From assembly GCA_012842395.1 (NCBI GenBank), contig DUSX01000029.1:109-64108 (forward strand): a DNA stretch of 64,000 nucleotides, written 5' to 3'. This DNA is from Bacillota bacterium (GTDB lineage: Bacteria > Bacillota > SHA-98 > UBA4971). Position numbers and translations under genes: made by a program. The notes under the pieces were generated by a model. The model was not told the DNA's origin. It did no database searches and worked only from the letters and a program-made list of their open reading frames with translations. Below, one piece after another: positions 19,901-29,261 of this stretch; the stretch's first letter is position 1; the number at the start of each line of letters is the position of its first letter.

Positions 19901-20531
19901 CGGCCACATCGCGGCTGTCGGGTTCGAGTTATACTCGCGTCTCGTGGAGGAGGCCGTGAAGGAGCTGCGCGGCACCACGGCGGCCGAGGAGGAAAAGACC
20001 GAGCCCGTCATCGACTTGGGCGTGAGCGCCTTCATCGGGGACGACTACATCGCCGACTTGAGGTTGAAGATCGAGATGTACAAGAAGATCAACGCTGCCT
20101 CTACGGTTGACGACGTCAACGACCTTGAGGAAGAGATGGAGGACAGGTTCGGGCCGGCACCGGAGCCGTGCCGGAACCTTCTTGCCATCGCGCGCATCCG
20201 TGCTGTTGCAAGAGACATCGGCGTGGCTCAGGTAGCGTCCGAACGCGACCAGGTCGTCGTGAAGCTGCTTCCTGCCTCGAGAGTCTCGCAAGACCAAGTC
20301 ATGGAGGCCGTCAGGGCGAACCGGGGCAGGGTGTATGCGAACTTCGGCAAGAGCCCTTCCGTGCGAATCAGGCGCGACGGCCTCTCTGATGAGGACCTCC
20401 TTCGTTTGGTCGAGGACACGCTCCAGCGTGTCCGGCAGCGGCCATCGAAGACGCGGCTCGGCCGCGACCAGGGGATACGGGGGCTTGCCACTGGTCGCCG
20501 GCAAGGCAGCGCGACCTCCATCGGAGGATAG
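16923..20531 (+). CDS. mfd: Transcription-repair coupling factor Mfd
   Basis: 1202 aa with UvrB-like N-terminus, RNAP-interaction domain, superfamily-2 helicase motifs (GDVGYGKTEVA, DEEQRFG) and TRCF C-terminal domain. AGGAGG RBS, TTG start. Confidence 0.95.
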   Translation: MNSFLSVLRESPEFANIASGLERKTPSQVVLGLGGSMKSYVLAALYRAVPGRPFIVVTYSPQQAGRLGEDLATLLSPAEVMSFPALELWPHEEARESADVLSQRLAVKACLSRGRRALVVVPARAFARRLVPAEVFSEFSLTLKTGERHDRDSLITRFAGMGYERAELVERRGQFSARGDILDVFPPDSASPLRIEFFDDEIDSIREFDPASQRSSREVDHASLAPAREFLVSQNAREAGLARIEAQAAAQCKRLEGLGRVTEARSLRDRTDSALEKLREGLTFDGEDQYAPAFYGRLGTILDYAADPVVVVDEPARLREAFVGFEAEVREAYATLLEAGRVLPMEVSLFASAEEAMACLGRYQRLEFVLLARGTDISNTDRVRLFSGKPASPYHGKFDLLVKDLKAWRRKKHRVVVVVSTEDRARRFREVMVENGIEATCVPSITDEVKPGNVIVSAGSLESGFELPSLRLVVLTDAELYGAERRKRRLPQAQSAGSRLAAFTDLRPGDYVVHVAHGIGRYMGIKTLEAAGAKRDYLLIQYAGEDRLYVPTDQIGLLQKYIGPEDSPPKLYKLGGTEWSRVKAKVKESVRDMARGLLELYAAREAIRGHAFSPDTPWQKEFEDAFPYEETPDQLNAIAEVKADMEKPRPMDRLLCGDVGYGKTEVAIRAAFKAVMDSKQVAVLVPTTILAQQHFTTFKDRFAGYPVRIAALSRFQSEAEQRDILKELRRGGIDIVIGTHRLLQPDVKFHDLGLVVVDEEQRFGVAHKEFLKELRKSVDVLTLTATPIPRTLHMALTGVRDMSVIETPPEDRFPVRTYVMEHDDTVIREAIVRELARGGQVYYVHNRVQTIDSAAMFLARLVPEARIGVAHGQMPEDRLEEVMLKFMDREYDVLVATTIIENGLDIPNVNTLVVTDADMLGLAQLYQLRGRVGRSNRVAYAYFMYRRDGVLSEVAEKRLSAIREFTDFGSGFKIAMRDLEIRGAGNLLGAEQHGHIAAVGFELYSRLVEEAVKELRGTTAAEEEKTEPVIDLGVSAFIGDDYIADLRLKIEMYKKINAASTVDDVNDLEEEMEDRFGPAPEPCRNLLAIARIRAVARDIGVAQVASERDQVVVKLLPASRVSQDQVMEAVRANRGRVYANFGKSPSVRIRRDGLSDEDLLRLVEDTLQRVRQRPSKTRLGRDQGIRGLATGRRQGSATSIGG

Positions 20532-20861
20532 CCGCCCGGCACGGCAACTCGCTGGTAATGGGTGGTAAGGGGTGGGAGCCTCAGCCGGGTAGCTCTGCAT
20601 GATTGTTGCGCACTTGGATACCATATACTCTGCGAGACGGGGTTGGAAAGCGGGCGAGCCCAATGGCACAGTGTTGGAATCACGGTCCAGGCCAAACGCC
20701 CCCACCCCAAGCTGGCTGCGGCGCAGTCGAAAGAGCGCCCGAGTGCCCGAGCGCCCGAGGTTTGACGGGTGGGTGGCAAAACTGAATAAAAATGTCATTA
20801 ATGCAATAGGCTATCAGTGAAGACAGAGCTAAACGAGACCAACTCGAGAGGAGGGACGACG

Positions 20862-21425
20862 GTGAAGGCTACGGGCATTGTGAGACGCATCGATGACCTT
20901 GGCAGGGTAGTCATCCCCAAGGAGATCAGAAGAACGCTGCGAATCCGCGAAGGCGACCCGCTCGAGATCTTCGTCGACCGCGAGGGAGAGGTGATCCTCA
21001 AGAAGTACTCGCCCATCGGAGAGCTCGGCGACTTCGCGAAAGAGTACGCGGATTCGTTGTATGAATCTACAGGACATATCGCATGTATCGCCGACCGTGA
21101 CGCCATCATCGCGGTGGCCGGAGGGCCAAAGAAGCAGTTCATGGACAAGCGGGTATCTCCGGCTGTCGAAAAAGCCATGGAAACCCGCAAGTCCGTCATC
21201 ATCAACGAGCCGGGAAAGCACGAGTACTGCGAGACCTGCCCGGTGGTTGAGGATGCCAGAGACTGCAAGTTCTCTAGCCAGGTGATCGCGCCGATCATCG
21301 CGGAAGGCGACCCGATCGGGGCTGTGATACTTTCTTCGATGGATCCCAACGTCAAGATGGGTGACCTCGAGCTGAAACTGGCTGAGACCGCCGCGGGATT
21401 CCTAGCCAAGCAGATGGAGCAGTAA
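20862..21425 (+). CDS. spoVT: Stage V sporulation protein T (AbrB-family regulator)
   Basis: VKATGIVRRIDDLGRVVIPKEIRRTLRIREGDPLEIFVDREGEVILKKYSPIGELGDFAKEYAD...ETAAGFLAKQMEQ is near-identical in pattern to Bacillus SpoVT. GTG start with GAGGAGGG RBS. Confidence 0.9.
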   Translation: MKATGIVRRIDDLGRVVIPKEIRRTLRIREGDPLEIFVDREGEVILKKYSPIGELGDFAKEYADSLYESTGHIACIADRDAIIAVAGGPKKQFMDKRVSPAVEKAMETRKSVIINEPGKHEYCETCPVVEDARDCKFSSQVIAPIIAEGDPIGAVILSSMDPNVKMGDLELKLAETAAGFLAKQMEQ

Positions 21426-21455
21426 CGGTGATTTGAGCCAGTATCCTGTGCGTCT

Positions 21456-21660
21456 AAGTATGTCGTCAAGAGTCCGCGCTACTTTTCGGCAGAGTGGTCC
21501 TGCTCAGGGTTGCCGGTGTTGCCCTCCGGGGACGGCGCGCTTGCGGCGCGCCTCGTTCGAATTCGGCGCTTAGGACGGCCGAATTCTCCACGCCCCGTCG
21601 TGCAAGCACCGGCAACCCCGCGCCGTCAAGAAGTGAGACGAGAACTTGTGGCGCTATGCT
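21456..21660 (+). repeat. Intergenic hairpin repeat element, copy A (forward orientation, complete)
   Basis: Left end TAAGTATGTCGTCAAGAGTCCGCGC. IR-L AGGGTTGCCGGTG, an about 85-nt GC-rich palindromic core (two GAATTC arms), then IR-R CACCGGCAACCC. Right end CAAGAAGTGAGACGAGAACTTGTGGCGC. Confidence 0.8.
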
Positions 21661-22433
21661 TAGCCGGTGTTCATTCGGGCTCTCCGTCCACCTTTCCCCT
21701 TTTGCTCGACGATTCCCAGGTGGGCTGGGGGATGGGGTCGGGGTGGCCGTCAGGATCTCGCGCAACCCGAGTCGGAACGTGGGTCACCAGGGTAAGGTAG
21801 TGGCTCCCCTGAGGGGGCAGCCTGTCGACGGAAGCAGGCAGCGAGCCGTATGGGCTGGCTGCCTGCTTCCGTCCCTAGCCCGTCTACGCCACCCGCCTCA
21901 GCAGCATAAGGTTATCCGGTCTTCTCTCGCTTTCCGAACTCTCGGGTTGCCGGTGATTGGGTGAGGGGGTGTCGGAACCTGCCGCCTAGCCGGACGGGCT
22001 CGGTTATGGCCTGGCTAAGCGGGCGCCGCTCGGGGCGGCATCGCCGAGCGTAACACCGGCAACTCCGCGCAGTGGGTGTGCTTCGATGTGCCTCCTTGAA
22101 CCGATGAACCGATGTGCCTCGTTGGACCGGTGCTCCCTCACGGGGACCTGCAAAGTTGGCCCCGGCAGGCTGTCCATCGGCACGGTGGTGTCGGTGGGAA
22201 CGCGGTAGTGTGAACCTGAAGTGACAGGCGGCGTTCGTGTTGCCTGCAAGCCTGCGCTGTAGTACAATTGGCCTGTGCGTCTCCCACCGCCGGCGCATCT
22301 CGCGATTGCCGAGGACGGCGGTCGCGAGTGAAGGACTTGACGCCGCGCGCACGCTCTGGTGCTAGCGCGCAGGCAGCCCGCGGGCATTGGGGCGTGCGTT
22401 AAGTACCCATTAGGGCATGCGAGGCATCGGTAG

Positions 22434-24158
22434 ATGACAAGAAAGTCTCTCATCAGAGGGGCGGCGATCCTCGCCGCAGCGGGCTTGGCCAACAGGTTTC
22501 TGGGCGCGGTCTCCCGGATCGTCCTGCCCTCGCTCATCGGGGACGAGGGCGTCGGCTTGTACCAGATGGCTTATCCCGTTTACGGGGTGTTCCTGGTAGT
22601 CTCGACGGCAGGGGTGCCGGTGGCGGTATCGAAGCTCGTAGCTGAGCAGACAGCGAGGAACAACCCTGCGGGCGCCCTTAAGGTCCTGAAGGTCGCCACG
22701 GCGATCCTCTTTTTAACGGGCACGTTCTTCTCGGCAGCCCTCGCCCTGGGAGCGGGGCCGATCGCCAGGTACGTGGCGCGGGACGCCCGGGCGGCTCTTG
22801 CTATCGTAGCTGTGTCGCCGGCTGTGCTCATCCTGTCGGTAACGTCGGCGTTCCGCGGATACTTCCAAGGCATGCAAGAAATGGGGCCGAGCGCGCTCTC
22901 GCAAGTGAGCGAGCAGGTAGTGCGGGTCTCCGCCATGATCGGCCTCGCATGGCTCCTCTTGCCGCGGGGGGTTGAATTCTCGGCGGCGGGAGCGAACCTT
23001 GGCGCGGTGCTCGGCGGGGCCGCGGGTTTCCTAGTATTACTCGTTGCGTATTTCAGGCTTCAGCACGTGCCAGGGTCATGGAAGGTGTCATGGGCCCAGG
23101 TGAGGGCGGTCTTTGCAAGGAGCGGCAGGGAGGGTGGCGGGGCGAGACGTCGTGGCGATGGGGAAAGCCGCGGCCGCTCCGCGGCTGAGGACGGCGCACC
23201 GGGGGGCGGGGCGCGTGCCATCGAGGATTACATGGGCTCTACGCTGGCGCTCGTTCGTCGCATCTTCGACCTGTCGTTGCCGGTGGTGCTCGCCGCGGCG
23301 ATAATGCCGCTCATGCAGTTCCTCGATATAGCTATTGTGCCCATGCGTCTCGCCAGTGCGGGATTCTCACCCGACGAGGTCACGAGGCTTTTCGGGCGGC
23401 TAACGGGCATGGCGCAACCCCTCATGTACTTTCCGACGCTTGTCACGTCGGCGGTGGCGGCGAGCGCCGTGCCAGCGATCTCCGAAGCCCTGGCGCGACG
23501 CGACAGGAGCACGCTTTCGGCGAGAGCCGAGGAGGCCATCAGGCTAGGTTTCCTGTTTGCGCTTCCGTCCGCGGTAGGGCTCTTCGTGTTCGCCAAGGAG
23601 TTCTCGATCATGCTCAGGTGGCCTGCGGAAGTCGCTGTTCCGCTGCGCGCCCTTGCGTTTGGCACCGTATTCCTGGCGCTCCAGCAAGTCAGCTCAGGCA
23701 TTCTGCAGGGGCTCGGCGAGGTTACGGTGCCTGTGCGGAACCTGGCGAAGGGCGCGTTGGCGAAGCTGGTCGTGAGCCTCGTGCTCACCGGCATGCCTGC
23801 ATACGGCATCCGGGGCGCGGCATATGGCACTGTAGCCGCCTTTGCTGTGGCGGGGCTCCTTAACGTGGCGGCGCTCGTGCGGATGCTCGGCCTGAGCATT
23901 GACGTCATGAACACAGCAGTGAAACCGGTCTTGGGCGTCGCGGTGATGGCTTTGGTGGCAAGGGCGGCGTACGCAGGAGTGTATCGGGCAGTTGCCAGCA
24001 ACACCCTGGGCGCGCTTGCCGCTATAGTGGTGGCGGTCGCCGTGTACGGGCTGGCGCTGCTCGTCACGGGAGTCGTCGGCCGGCACGAACTTGAGGTTTT
24101 CCCCGGCGGGGGGAAGATCGCGAGCGTCCTTGAACGGCTTGGCCTCCTGCGTCGTTGA
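22434..24158 (+). CDS. MOP-superfamily flippase, SpoVB/YabM-like polysaccharide biosynthesis protein
   Basis: 574 aa with about 14 TM helices. N-terminus LIRGAAILAAAGLANRFLGAVSRIVL is typical of MurJ/SpoVB-type proteins. Position after spoVT matches yabM. Confidence 0.8.
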   Translation: MTRKSLIRGAAILAAAGLANRFLGAVSRIVLPSLIGDEGVGLYQMAYPVYGVFLVVSTAGVPVAVSKLVAEQTARNNPAGALKVLKVATAILFLTGTFFSAALALGAGPIARYVARDARAALAIVAVSPAVLILSVTSAFRGYFQGMQEMGPSALSQVSEQVVRVSAMIGLAWLLLPRGVEFSAAGANLGAVLGGAAGFLVLLVAYFRLQHVPGSWKVSWAQVRAVFARSGREGGGARRRGDGESRGRSAAEDGAPGGGARAIEDYMGSTLALVRRIFDLSLPVVLAAAIMPLMQFLDIAIVPMRLASAGFSPDEVTRLFGRLTGMAQPLMYFPTLVTSAVAASAVPAISEALARRDRSTLSARAEEAIRLGFLFALPSAVGLFVFAKEFSIMLRWPAEVAVPLRALAFGTVFLALQQVSSGILQGLGEVTVPVRNLAKGALAKLVVSLVLTGMPAYGIRGAAYGTVAAFAVAGLLNVAALVRMLGLSIDVMNTAVKPVLGVAVMALVARAAYAGVYRAVASNTLGALAAIVVAVAVYGLALLVTGVVGRHELEVFPGGGKIASVLERLGLLRR

Positions 24159-24183
24159 GTGTTGAGTACTGGGCTAGGGGAAG

Positions 24184-25062
24184 GTGCAAGAGATGGCGAC
24201 GAGGTGCAGGGACAACCAGGCGAAAACCGCGAACGATGCGACGGGCCGCTATTCGCTGGCCCCGCTCGTTGAAGTGATGCGAAGGCTCCGGGGTGAAGGC
24301 GGATGTCCCTGGGACCGCAAGCAAACTCACGAATCTCTCAGAACTTACGTAGTCGAGGAAGCCTACGAAGTGGTCCAGGCCATAGACGACCACGACGATG
24401 CGGAGCTGTGCGAGGAGCTAGGCGACCTGCTTCTCCAGGTAGCGTTCCACTCCCAGATCGCGAGCGAGGCCGGCAAGTTTGATGTGGGCGACGTCATCGA
24501 GGGAATCGTCAGCAAGCTCATCCGGCGTCACCCCCACGTGTTCGGCGATGTCGAGGCGAAGGACAGCGAGACTGTGCTGCGCAATTGGGAGCGGATAAAG
24601 CAAAAAGAGAGATCGGACGAAGCCGGCGAACCGGCGTCGGTCCTAGACAACGTCGCGGGTGCAATGCCCGCTCTCATGAGGGCGTTGAAGGTCCAGGCGA
24701 AAGCGTCGAGGGTGGGCTTTGACTGGCCGGATGTCTCCGGGGCGCTCGCAAAGGTCCGAGAAGAAATGCACGAGCTGGAGGAGGCACGAGAGGCGGGAGA
24801 CCAAGCGCGGATCGCCGAGGAGGTCGGCGATGTGCTTTTCGCCTTCGTGAACGTGGCCAGGTTCCTCAAGGTGGACCCGGAGATCGCTCTCGGGCGCACG
24901 GTGGACAAATTCATCACGCGGTTCAAGCACATCGAGGCGCGCGCAGGTGAGAGCAACCGCCGCATGGAGGACATGACCCTCGACGAGATGGACTCCTTGT
25001 GGGAGGAGGCCAAGAGCGTGTCGAGGAGCGGGGAGGAACGGCACAGCGCACGGAAGCCGTAG
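24184..25062 (+). CDS. mazG: Nucleoside triphosphate pyrophosphohydrolase MazG (YabN-like, MazG domains only)
   Basis: Tandem MazG motifs (WDRKQTHESLRTYVVEEAYEV...ELGDLLLQVAFHSQIA; second EEVGDVLFAFVNVARFLKVDPE). Confidence 0.85.
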   Translation: MQEMATRCRDNQAKTANDATGRYSLAPLVEVMRRLRGEGGCPWDRKQTHESLRTYVVEEAYEVVQAIDDHDDAELCEELGDLLLQVAFHSQIASEAGKFDVGDVIEGIVSKLIRRHPHVFGDVEAKDSETVLRNWERIKQKERSDEAGEPASVLDNVAGAMPALMRALKVQAKASRVGFDWPDVSGALAKVREEMHELEEAREAGDQARIAEEVGDVLFAFVNVARFLKVDPEIALGRTVDKFITRFKHIEARAGESNRRMEDMTLDEMDSLWEEAKSVSRSGEERHSARKP

Positions 25063-25103
25063 GCCTTTTGAGTGCCCAACCACGCCGCATGACGGATAGG
25101 GTG

Positions 25104-25141
25104 AGACCTGCCTGGTTTGTCCCAAGGCAGGTCTTTTTTTG
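25104..25141 (+). terminator. Rho-independent terminator after mazG
   Basis: GACCTGCCT...AGGCAGGTC stem followed by TTTTTTT. Confidence 0.7.
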
Positions 25142-25241
25142 TGGGGACTGGCATAACCATTCATCAGGAAAGGCCCACGACCGGGCAACCGCCGGAAATG
25201 CGGCAACGAGTTGCGCACCTTCGCACGAGGAGGGAAGAGGG

Positions 25242-25532
25242 ATGATTGACGAGAAGAGGCGGACAGCCGTGTCGTCGCAGCACAGGGTGACGGTTACTGA
25301 ACGCGAGACGATAGCGGTTGACGGCGTCAACAACGTGGAGAGCTTCGATGACCAGGAAGTAGTCCTTGAGACGACAGCGGGGATGTTGATGTTGCACGGG
25401 AGGGATTTCCACATCAAGCAACTCAACCTCGATGAGGGAAACCTGACCATCGAAGGGTATCTTGCAGGCATGGAGTATGCCGAGGAAGTCGGCAAGAAGG
25501 CCAGGAGCTTCTTGGGGCGGCTGCTGAAGTGA
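25242..25532 (+). CDS. yabP: Sporulation protein YabP
   Basis: VTVTERETIAVDGVNNVESFDDQEVVLETTAGMLMLHGRDFHIKQLNLDEGNLTIEG matches the YabP family. Confidence 0.85.
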   Translation: MIDEKRRTAVSSQHRVTVTERETIAVDGVNNVESFDDQEVVLETTAGMLMLHGRDFHIKQLNLDEGNLTIEGYLAGMEYAEEVGKKARSFLGRLLK

Positions 25533-25948
25533 TTGAGCCGGTCGAATCGCAGGCGTTCACACTTCTAGTGACGATTCTTACGGGCGTCATCGTTGGCGTG
25601 TTCTTCGACCTTTACCGTGTCGCCAGGTCTGTGCTGGGGCTGGGCCCGGTTGCCACGGCTGCGGGCGATTTGTTGTTCTCGCTCTTCGCGACCACCGTCG
25701 CGTTCACGTTTCTCCTCGCCACCTGCTGGGGGGAGGTCAGGTTTTTCATGTTCCTCGGGTTCGCCGCGGGTTTCGCTGGATACAGGGCGGTCCTAGGTCG
25801 GCGAGTGATGGGAAGCGCGGTGTCGGTGGTCGAGGGCTGTCGCCGTGTGAGAAGGCGAGCAAGGCTGGGGTTTCGTGAAGCCTCCTTCAGGATGCGTCGG
25901 GCTGCTCACGGCGTTTTCAGGCTTCCGCGTCCGCGACGGAGACGGTAA
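25529..25948 (+). CDS. yabQ: Spore cortex biosynthesis membrane protein YabQ
   Basis: Membrane N-terminus (LLVTILTGVIVGVFFDLYRV...) and Arg-rich C-terminal tail. GTG start overlaps the yabP stop (GTGA). Conserved yabP-yabQ pair. Confidence 0.7.
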   Translation: MIEPVESQAFTLLVTILTGVIVGVFFDLYRVARSVLGLGPVATAAGDLLFSLFATTVAFTFLLATCWGEVRFFMFLGFAAGFAGYRAVLGRRVMGSAVSVVEGCRRVRRRARLGFREASFRMRRAAHGVFRLPRPRRRR

Positions 25949-26055
25949 GAAGGGATTGGCCGGGAAGACGTCGAATAGCAAACAACGGCCCAATAGGGGG
26001 CGCCGCTGCATTCGGAGACAGGAGCCCGGGGCCCGGAGGTTGCAGAAAGGCGAAG

Positions 26056-26427
26056 GTGGTTGCTCTGGCCGCGGGAGACAAGCCGAACCAATCGTCTTGG
26101 AAGCCGATCAGGCGGGTGCTAGTCGGTCTATTCATGTTCGGGATCGCGTTCCTGTACCTCAGAGGCTATCTCGAGCTCGTGCGGGTGAACTACCAGATCT
26201 CCGTGGTGCAGAAGGAGATCCAAGTCTGGGAAGCCAAGTGCGAGGAACTGCGAAAGCAGATCGAATACCTCTCCAGCGACGAATATGTTGAGAAGGTGGC
26301 CCGTGAGGAGCTGGGCCTCGTAAAGCCGGGCGAGGTGCCGTTCATTGTCGCTCAGCCGCGCAACCCTGATTCGCCCCCCGCCGTCATGAAAAGGCAGGGG
26401 GTCGACCCTGCGAGCATTCGTGACTAG
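26056..26427 (+). CDS. divIC: Septum formation initiator DivIC/FtsB family
   Basis: Single TM followed by coiled coil (LELVRVNYQISVVQKEIQVWEAKCEELRKQIEYLSSDEYVEKVAREELGLVKPGE). Confidence 0.7.
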   Translation: MVALAAGDKPNQSSWKPIRRVLVGLFMFGIAFLYLRGYLELVRVNYQISVVQKEIQVWEAKCEELRKQIEYLSSDEYVEKVAREELGLVKPGEVPFIVAQPRNPDSPPAVMKRQGVDPASIRD

Positions 26428-26522
26428 GCCGGCGGGCTCGCGTAGCCGGGCAGCGAAGGTCTCAGATGCCGTGTCCGCTGGTCTTCTGGCTGAGCCTAGG
26501 GCCTGGCGCGCTTGGGTTTGGA

Positions 26523-26552
26523 TTGACACAACCGCACCGTACGAAGTATAAT
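26523..26552 (+). promoter_or_regulatory. Sigma-A-type promoter upstream of yabR
   Basis: TTGACA, 18-nt spacer, TATAAT, about 60 nt upstream of the yabR start. GAGGGGGAG RBS follows. Confidence 0.55.
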
Positions 26553-26614
26553 GAACTGAAATTCGGGCTCTGTTTCTTGCTGACCACGACCACACGAGGG
26601 GGAGTTCACCAGGT

Positions 26615-27022
26615 ATGCCGTCGCTCGAGGTAGGCAGCATCGTCGAGGGCCGCGTGACGGGAATCACGCACTTCGGAGCCTTCGTCGAACTGGCCGGGGG
26701 TCAGACCGGACTGGTTCACATTTCTGAAGTTGCTGACACGTATGTACGAGACATAAAGGACTACTTGAAAGAAAACGACGTCGTGAAAGTGAAGATTCTG
26801 GCCGTGGAAAACGGCAGGATCGGGTTGTCGATCAAGCAGGCTGATCCGAATTACCAGCCCGGTCGCGGCAGAAGGATGAACGCGGCCGCAAGGCAGTCCT
26901 TTGAGGAGAAGCTATCAAAGTTCTTGAAAGACAGCGACGAGCGGCTGTCAGACCTCAAGAAAAGCCAGGAATCGAAGCGGGGTGGGCGCGGCACTCGCTA
27001 CTCCAGAGTAGGAGGGGCGTAG
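26615..27022 (+). CDS. yabR: S1 RNA-binding domain protein YabR
   Basis: LEVGSIVEGRVTGITHFGAFVELAGGQTGLVHISEVADTYVRDIKDYLKENDVVKVKILAVENGRIGLSIKQA is an S1 domain, followed by a basic tail. Confidence 0.8.
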   Translation: MPSLEVGSIVEGRVTGITHFGAFVELAGGQTGLVHISEVADTYVRDIKDYLKENDVVKVKILAVENGRIGLSIKQADPNYQPGRGRRMNAAARQSFEEKLSKFLKDSDERLSDLKKSQESKRGGRGTRYSRVGGA

Positions 27023-27206
27023 AGGCCGGATCGCATGGTCTCGTTAGCCCGGCTGTGTTGCCCCGCAGAAAAGACAACCATCTCACGGGCACGATTCGGA
27101 AGAGCAAGACGAAGACGAACGATTTTGACGCGAGAGACAAACAACGACAGGATCGAACATCGAGCAATGAAGAATCAGGAAAGAGTGGAGTGAGAGGAAA
27201 GCCGGT

Positions 27207-27869
27207 GTGCTTAGGCCACCGGCTGTTTCTTCAATGTGCCCTATGGAGCGCAGACCCCAATGGACGGGCCTGACAGACGAGGAGATCGTGGAAAGACAAA
27301 TAGGCAGGAAGCCACGGGGGTTCCTCCGGGTAGCGACACGGTGCCCGTTTGGCCTCCCGGAGACCATCGTGACGAGGCCGGTCCTCCGCGAGGACGGTGG
27401 CACGTCTCCAGAAAGGCGCGTGAAGCCGTTTCCCACCGTGTTCTGGCTCACCTGTCCTGGTGCAGTGCGAGCGGTATCCGAGCTCGAAGCCCTGGGATAC
27501 GTGAGGGAGCTGCAGCGAAGGCTTGCGGGCGACGCGTCCGCCTTCGAGGCCTACCGTGAGGCGACAAGGTCGTACGCGAACTACCGCCTGTCCCTCCTCC
27601 CGGCCGACGAGGCAGCGCGTCTCGCCGCGGAGCATCCGGGCCAGTATGAGGTAGTGGCGCGCTCCGGAATCGGCGGCGTGCTTGGGAAGCCTGATGCTGC
27701 GGGGATCAAGTGTCTCCACGCCCACTATGCCGATTACTTAGCACGCGGAACGAACCCTATCGGGAAGTGGGTTCGTGAGCTGCTCGTAGAGAAGGCGCGC
27801 GGTGAGCTTGGCCCTCCAGAGCGAAGGCAAGCGCCGCGGCCACGGCGAGCACCCCGGGGAGAAGAGTGA
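27207..27869 (+). CDS. DUF501 domain protein
   Basis: RVATRCPFGLPETIVTRP...TVFWLTCPGAVRAVSELEALGYVREL...KCLHAHYADYLARGTNPIGKWV are the DUF501 conserved blocks. Start uncertain. The 3' end overlaps the convergent MFS gene by about 110 nt. Confidence 0.55.
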   Translation: MLRPPAVSSMCPMERRPQWTGLTDEEIVERQIGRKPRGFLRVATRCPFGLPETIVTRPVLREDGGTSPERRVKPFPTVFWLTCPGAVRAVSELEALGYVRELQRRLAGDASAFEAYREATRSYANYRLSLLPADEAARLAAEHPGQYEVVARSGIGGVLGKPDAAGIKCLHAHYADYLARGTNPIGKWVRELLVEKARGELGPPERRQAPRPRRAPRGEE

Positions 27870-28998
27870 GCGCCGTCCGAATGCCGAGGGCATCCGCGAC
27901 GACCCCTATGCCTGCTGCACCGAGCGACCCCGCCCCCCACGCGACGCCCATCATGAACGCCGAAACCGTGCCCGCTCTTGCCGGCGCGAGATTCTGGGCG
28001 GTCATCGTGATGATGGGCATGGGGAGATATATGGTGAACCCGGCCGCAGCGAGCAGCGCGTACGAGGCGAGGCCGTTCGCGCGCATGAACCCGAGCAGGA
28101 GCGGGATGGGCGCCAGCAGGCCTGCGATCATCAACTTGAATGGCCCCATTCTGTCGGCCGCTGGCCCCGCCACCATGATGCCGACGATGCCGGCGGCCAC
28201 GAATACCGACGCCACGGACCCGTACACCATGAGCGGCAGGCCAATCTCTTTCAGATAGATGGGCAGGAACGTGGTGTAGCTCATGGAGACGGCCAGGCGC
28301 AGGGCCGCGATGATCCAGAGCATCACGAGCGCCCCAACGGGCACCTTCCCACTCTGCCCGCTGCTGGTCAGGGCTCCATCGGCGGCGGAGGCATCGTTTG
28401 CCGGCGCCGGGTGGGAGCGTCTTGCCTCGCCAAGACCGGGGCGGCTGGCCGTGCGACGACGTGGTGCGAAACGGTATATGAAGAGAGAGACAAGGATGCC
28501 TGGGATGACCGTGACGTAAGTGTACCGCAGGCCGAGCGTGCTCACGACTGAGAGCACCACGAGAGGTCCGAGGGCATACCCGACCTCTCCCGCTGTCGTA
28601 AACACCGACAGAACGAATCCTTTACGGGTCTGGTCTATTGAGCCAGCCATTGCGGCGCCCTGGGGGTGGAACATGCCCGAGCCGATCCCGCCGATAACGA
28701 GCAGGGCCACGAGCAGACCCTGGCTGCCAGCAAGACCGATCATGCACATGGCTGTGGCGGTCACCGTCGGGCCGAGGACGATGAAGGCCCTGCTTTTGGT
28801 AGTGTCGGCGAGGTGTCCCACGAGAGGCTGAACGACCGACGAGGTGATGGCGTATACTGCGGAGAGAAGCCCTGCCACCGCTAGAGACATGTCGAACTTC
28901 GCCACGAGCATCGGCAACAGCGGCGTGAGGAAGGCTGCGTACAGGTCATTCACCAGGTGTCCGGATGTTACTGCGGCAAGCTCGAGACGTTTACGCAT
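27757..28998 (-). CDS. MFS transporter
   Basis: 413 aa, 12 predicted TM helices. Motif GHLADTTKSRAFIVLGPTV (MFS motif A-like). Pro/Ala/Ser-rich central loop. Confidence 0.75.
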   Translation of the reverse strand: MRKRLELAAVTSGHLVNDLYAAFLTPLLPMLVAKFDMSLAVAGLLSAVYAITSSVVQPLVGHLADTTKSRAFIVLGPTVTATAMCMIGLAGSQGLLVALLVIGGIGSGMFHPQGAAMAGSIDQTRKGFVLSVFTTAGEVGYALGPLVVLSVVSTLGLRYTYVTVIPGILVSLFIYRFAPRRRTASRPGLGEARRSHPAPANDASAADGALTSSGQSGKVPVGALVMLWIIAALRLAVSMSYTTFLPIYLKEIGLPLMVYGSVASVFVAAGIVGIMVAGPAADRMGPFKLMIAGLLAPIPLLLGFMRANGLASYALLAAAGFTIYLPMPIITMTAQNLAPARAGTVSAFMMGVAWGAGSLGAAGIGVVADALGIRTALTLLPGVLAVAAALAFALEGQAHRAPSLRAAHEPTSR

Positions 28999-29261
28999 GA
29001 ATCATGATATTCGACCCAGCGGAAGGATATCCTTGCAAGCACGTAGAAAAATCGCAGGAAAAGCCGAAGGGCGCTCACCCGCCAGCTGAAATGGCGCCGG
29101 GCTGAAAGGCGTGTCTACTAATACGCTGCCATGAGGCCGTTGAACTTCCCAGGTAATTGCCAGTGCGCACGACCCCAGCGACGGCTCTGTGGGCTTCAAC
29201 TGGGCTGGGGCGACATCATATTTGGGACGAGACGACACATTGTGGGAGAGTTCAACGCTCT

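Noticed and set aside
21494-21964. Small plus-strand ORFs (156 aa, 96 aa) lying within repeat copy A and the adjacent non-coding tract
   Set aside because: The frames are open only because of GC richness. The sequence is a repeat element present in both orientations elsewhere, with no RBS or conserved protein features.
27757-27869. 113-bp convergent overlap of the DUF501 ORF and the MFS gene, considered as evidence of a mis-called gene
   Set aside because: Both ORFs have family-specific motifs. One C-terminus is probably over-extended by GC-driven open frame. It is not treated as a finding beyond noting start and stop uncertainty.
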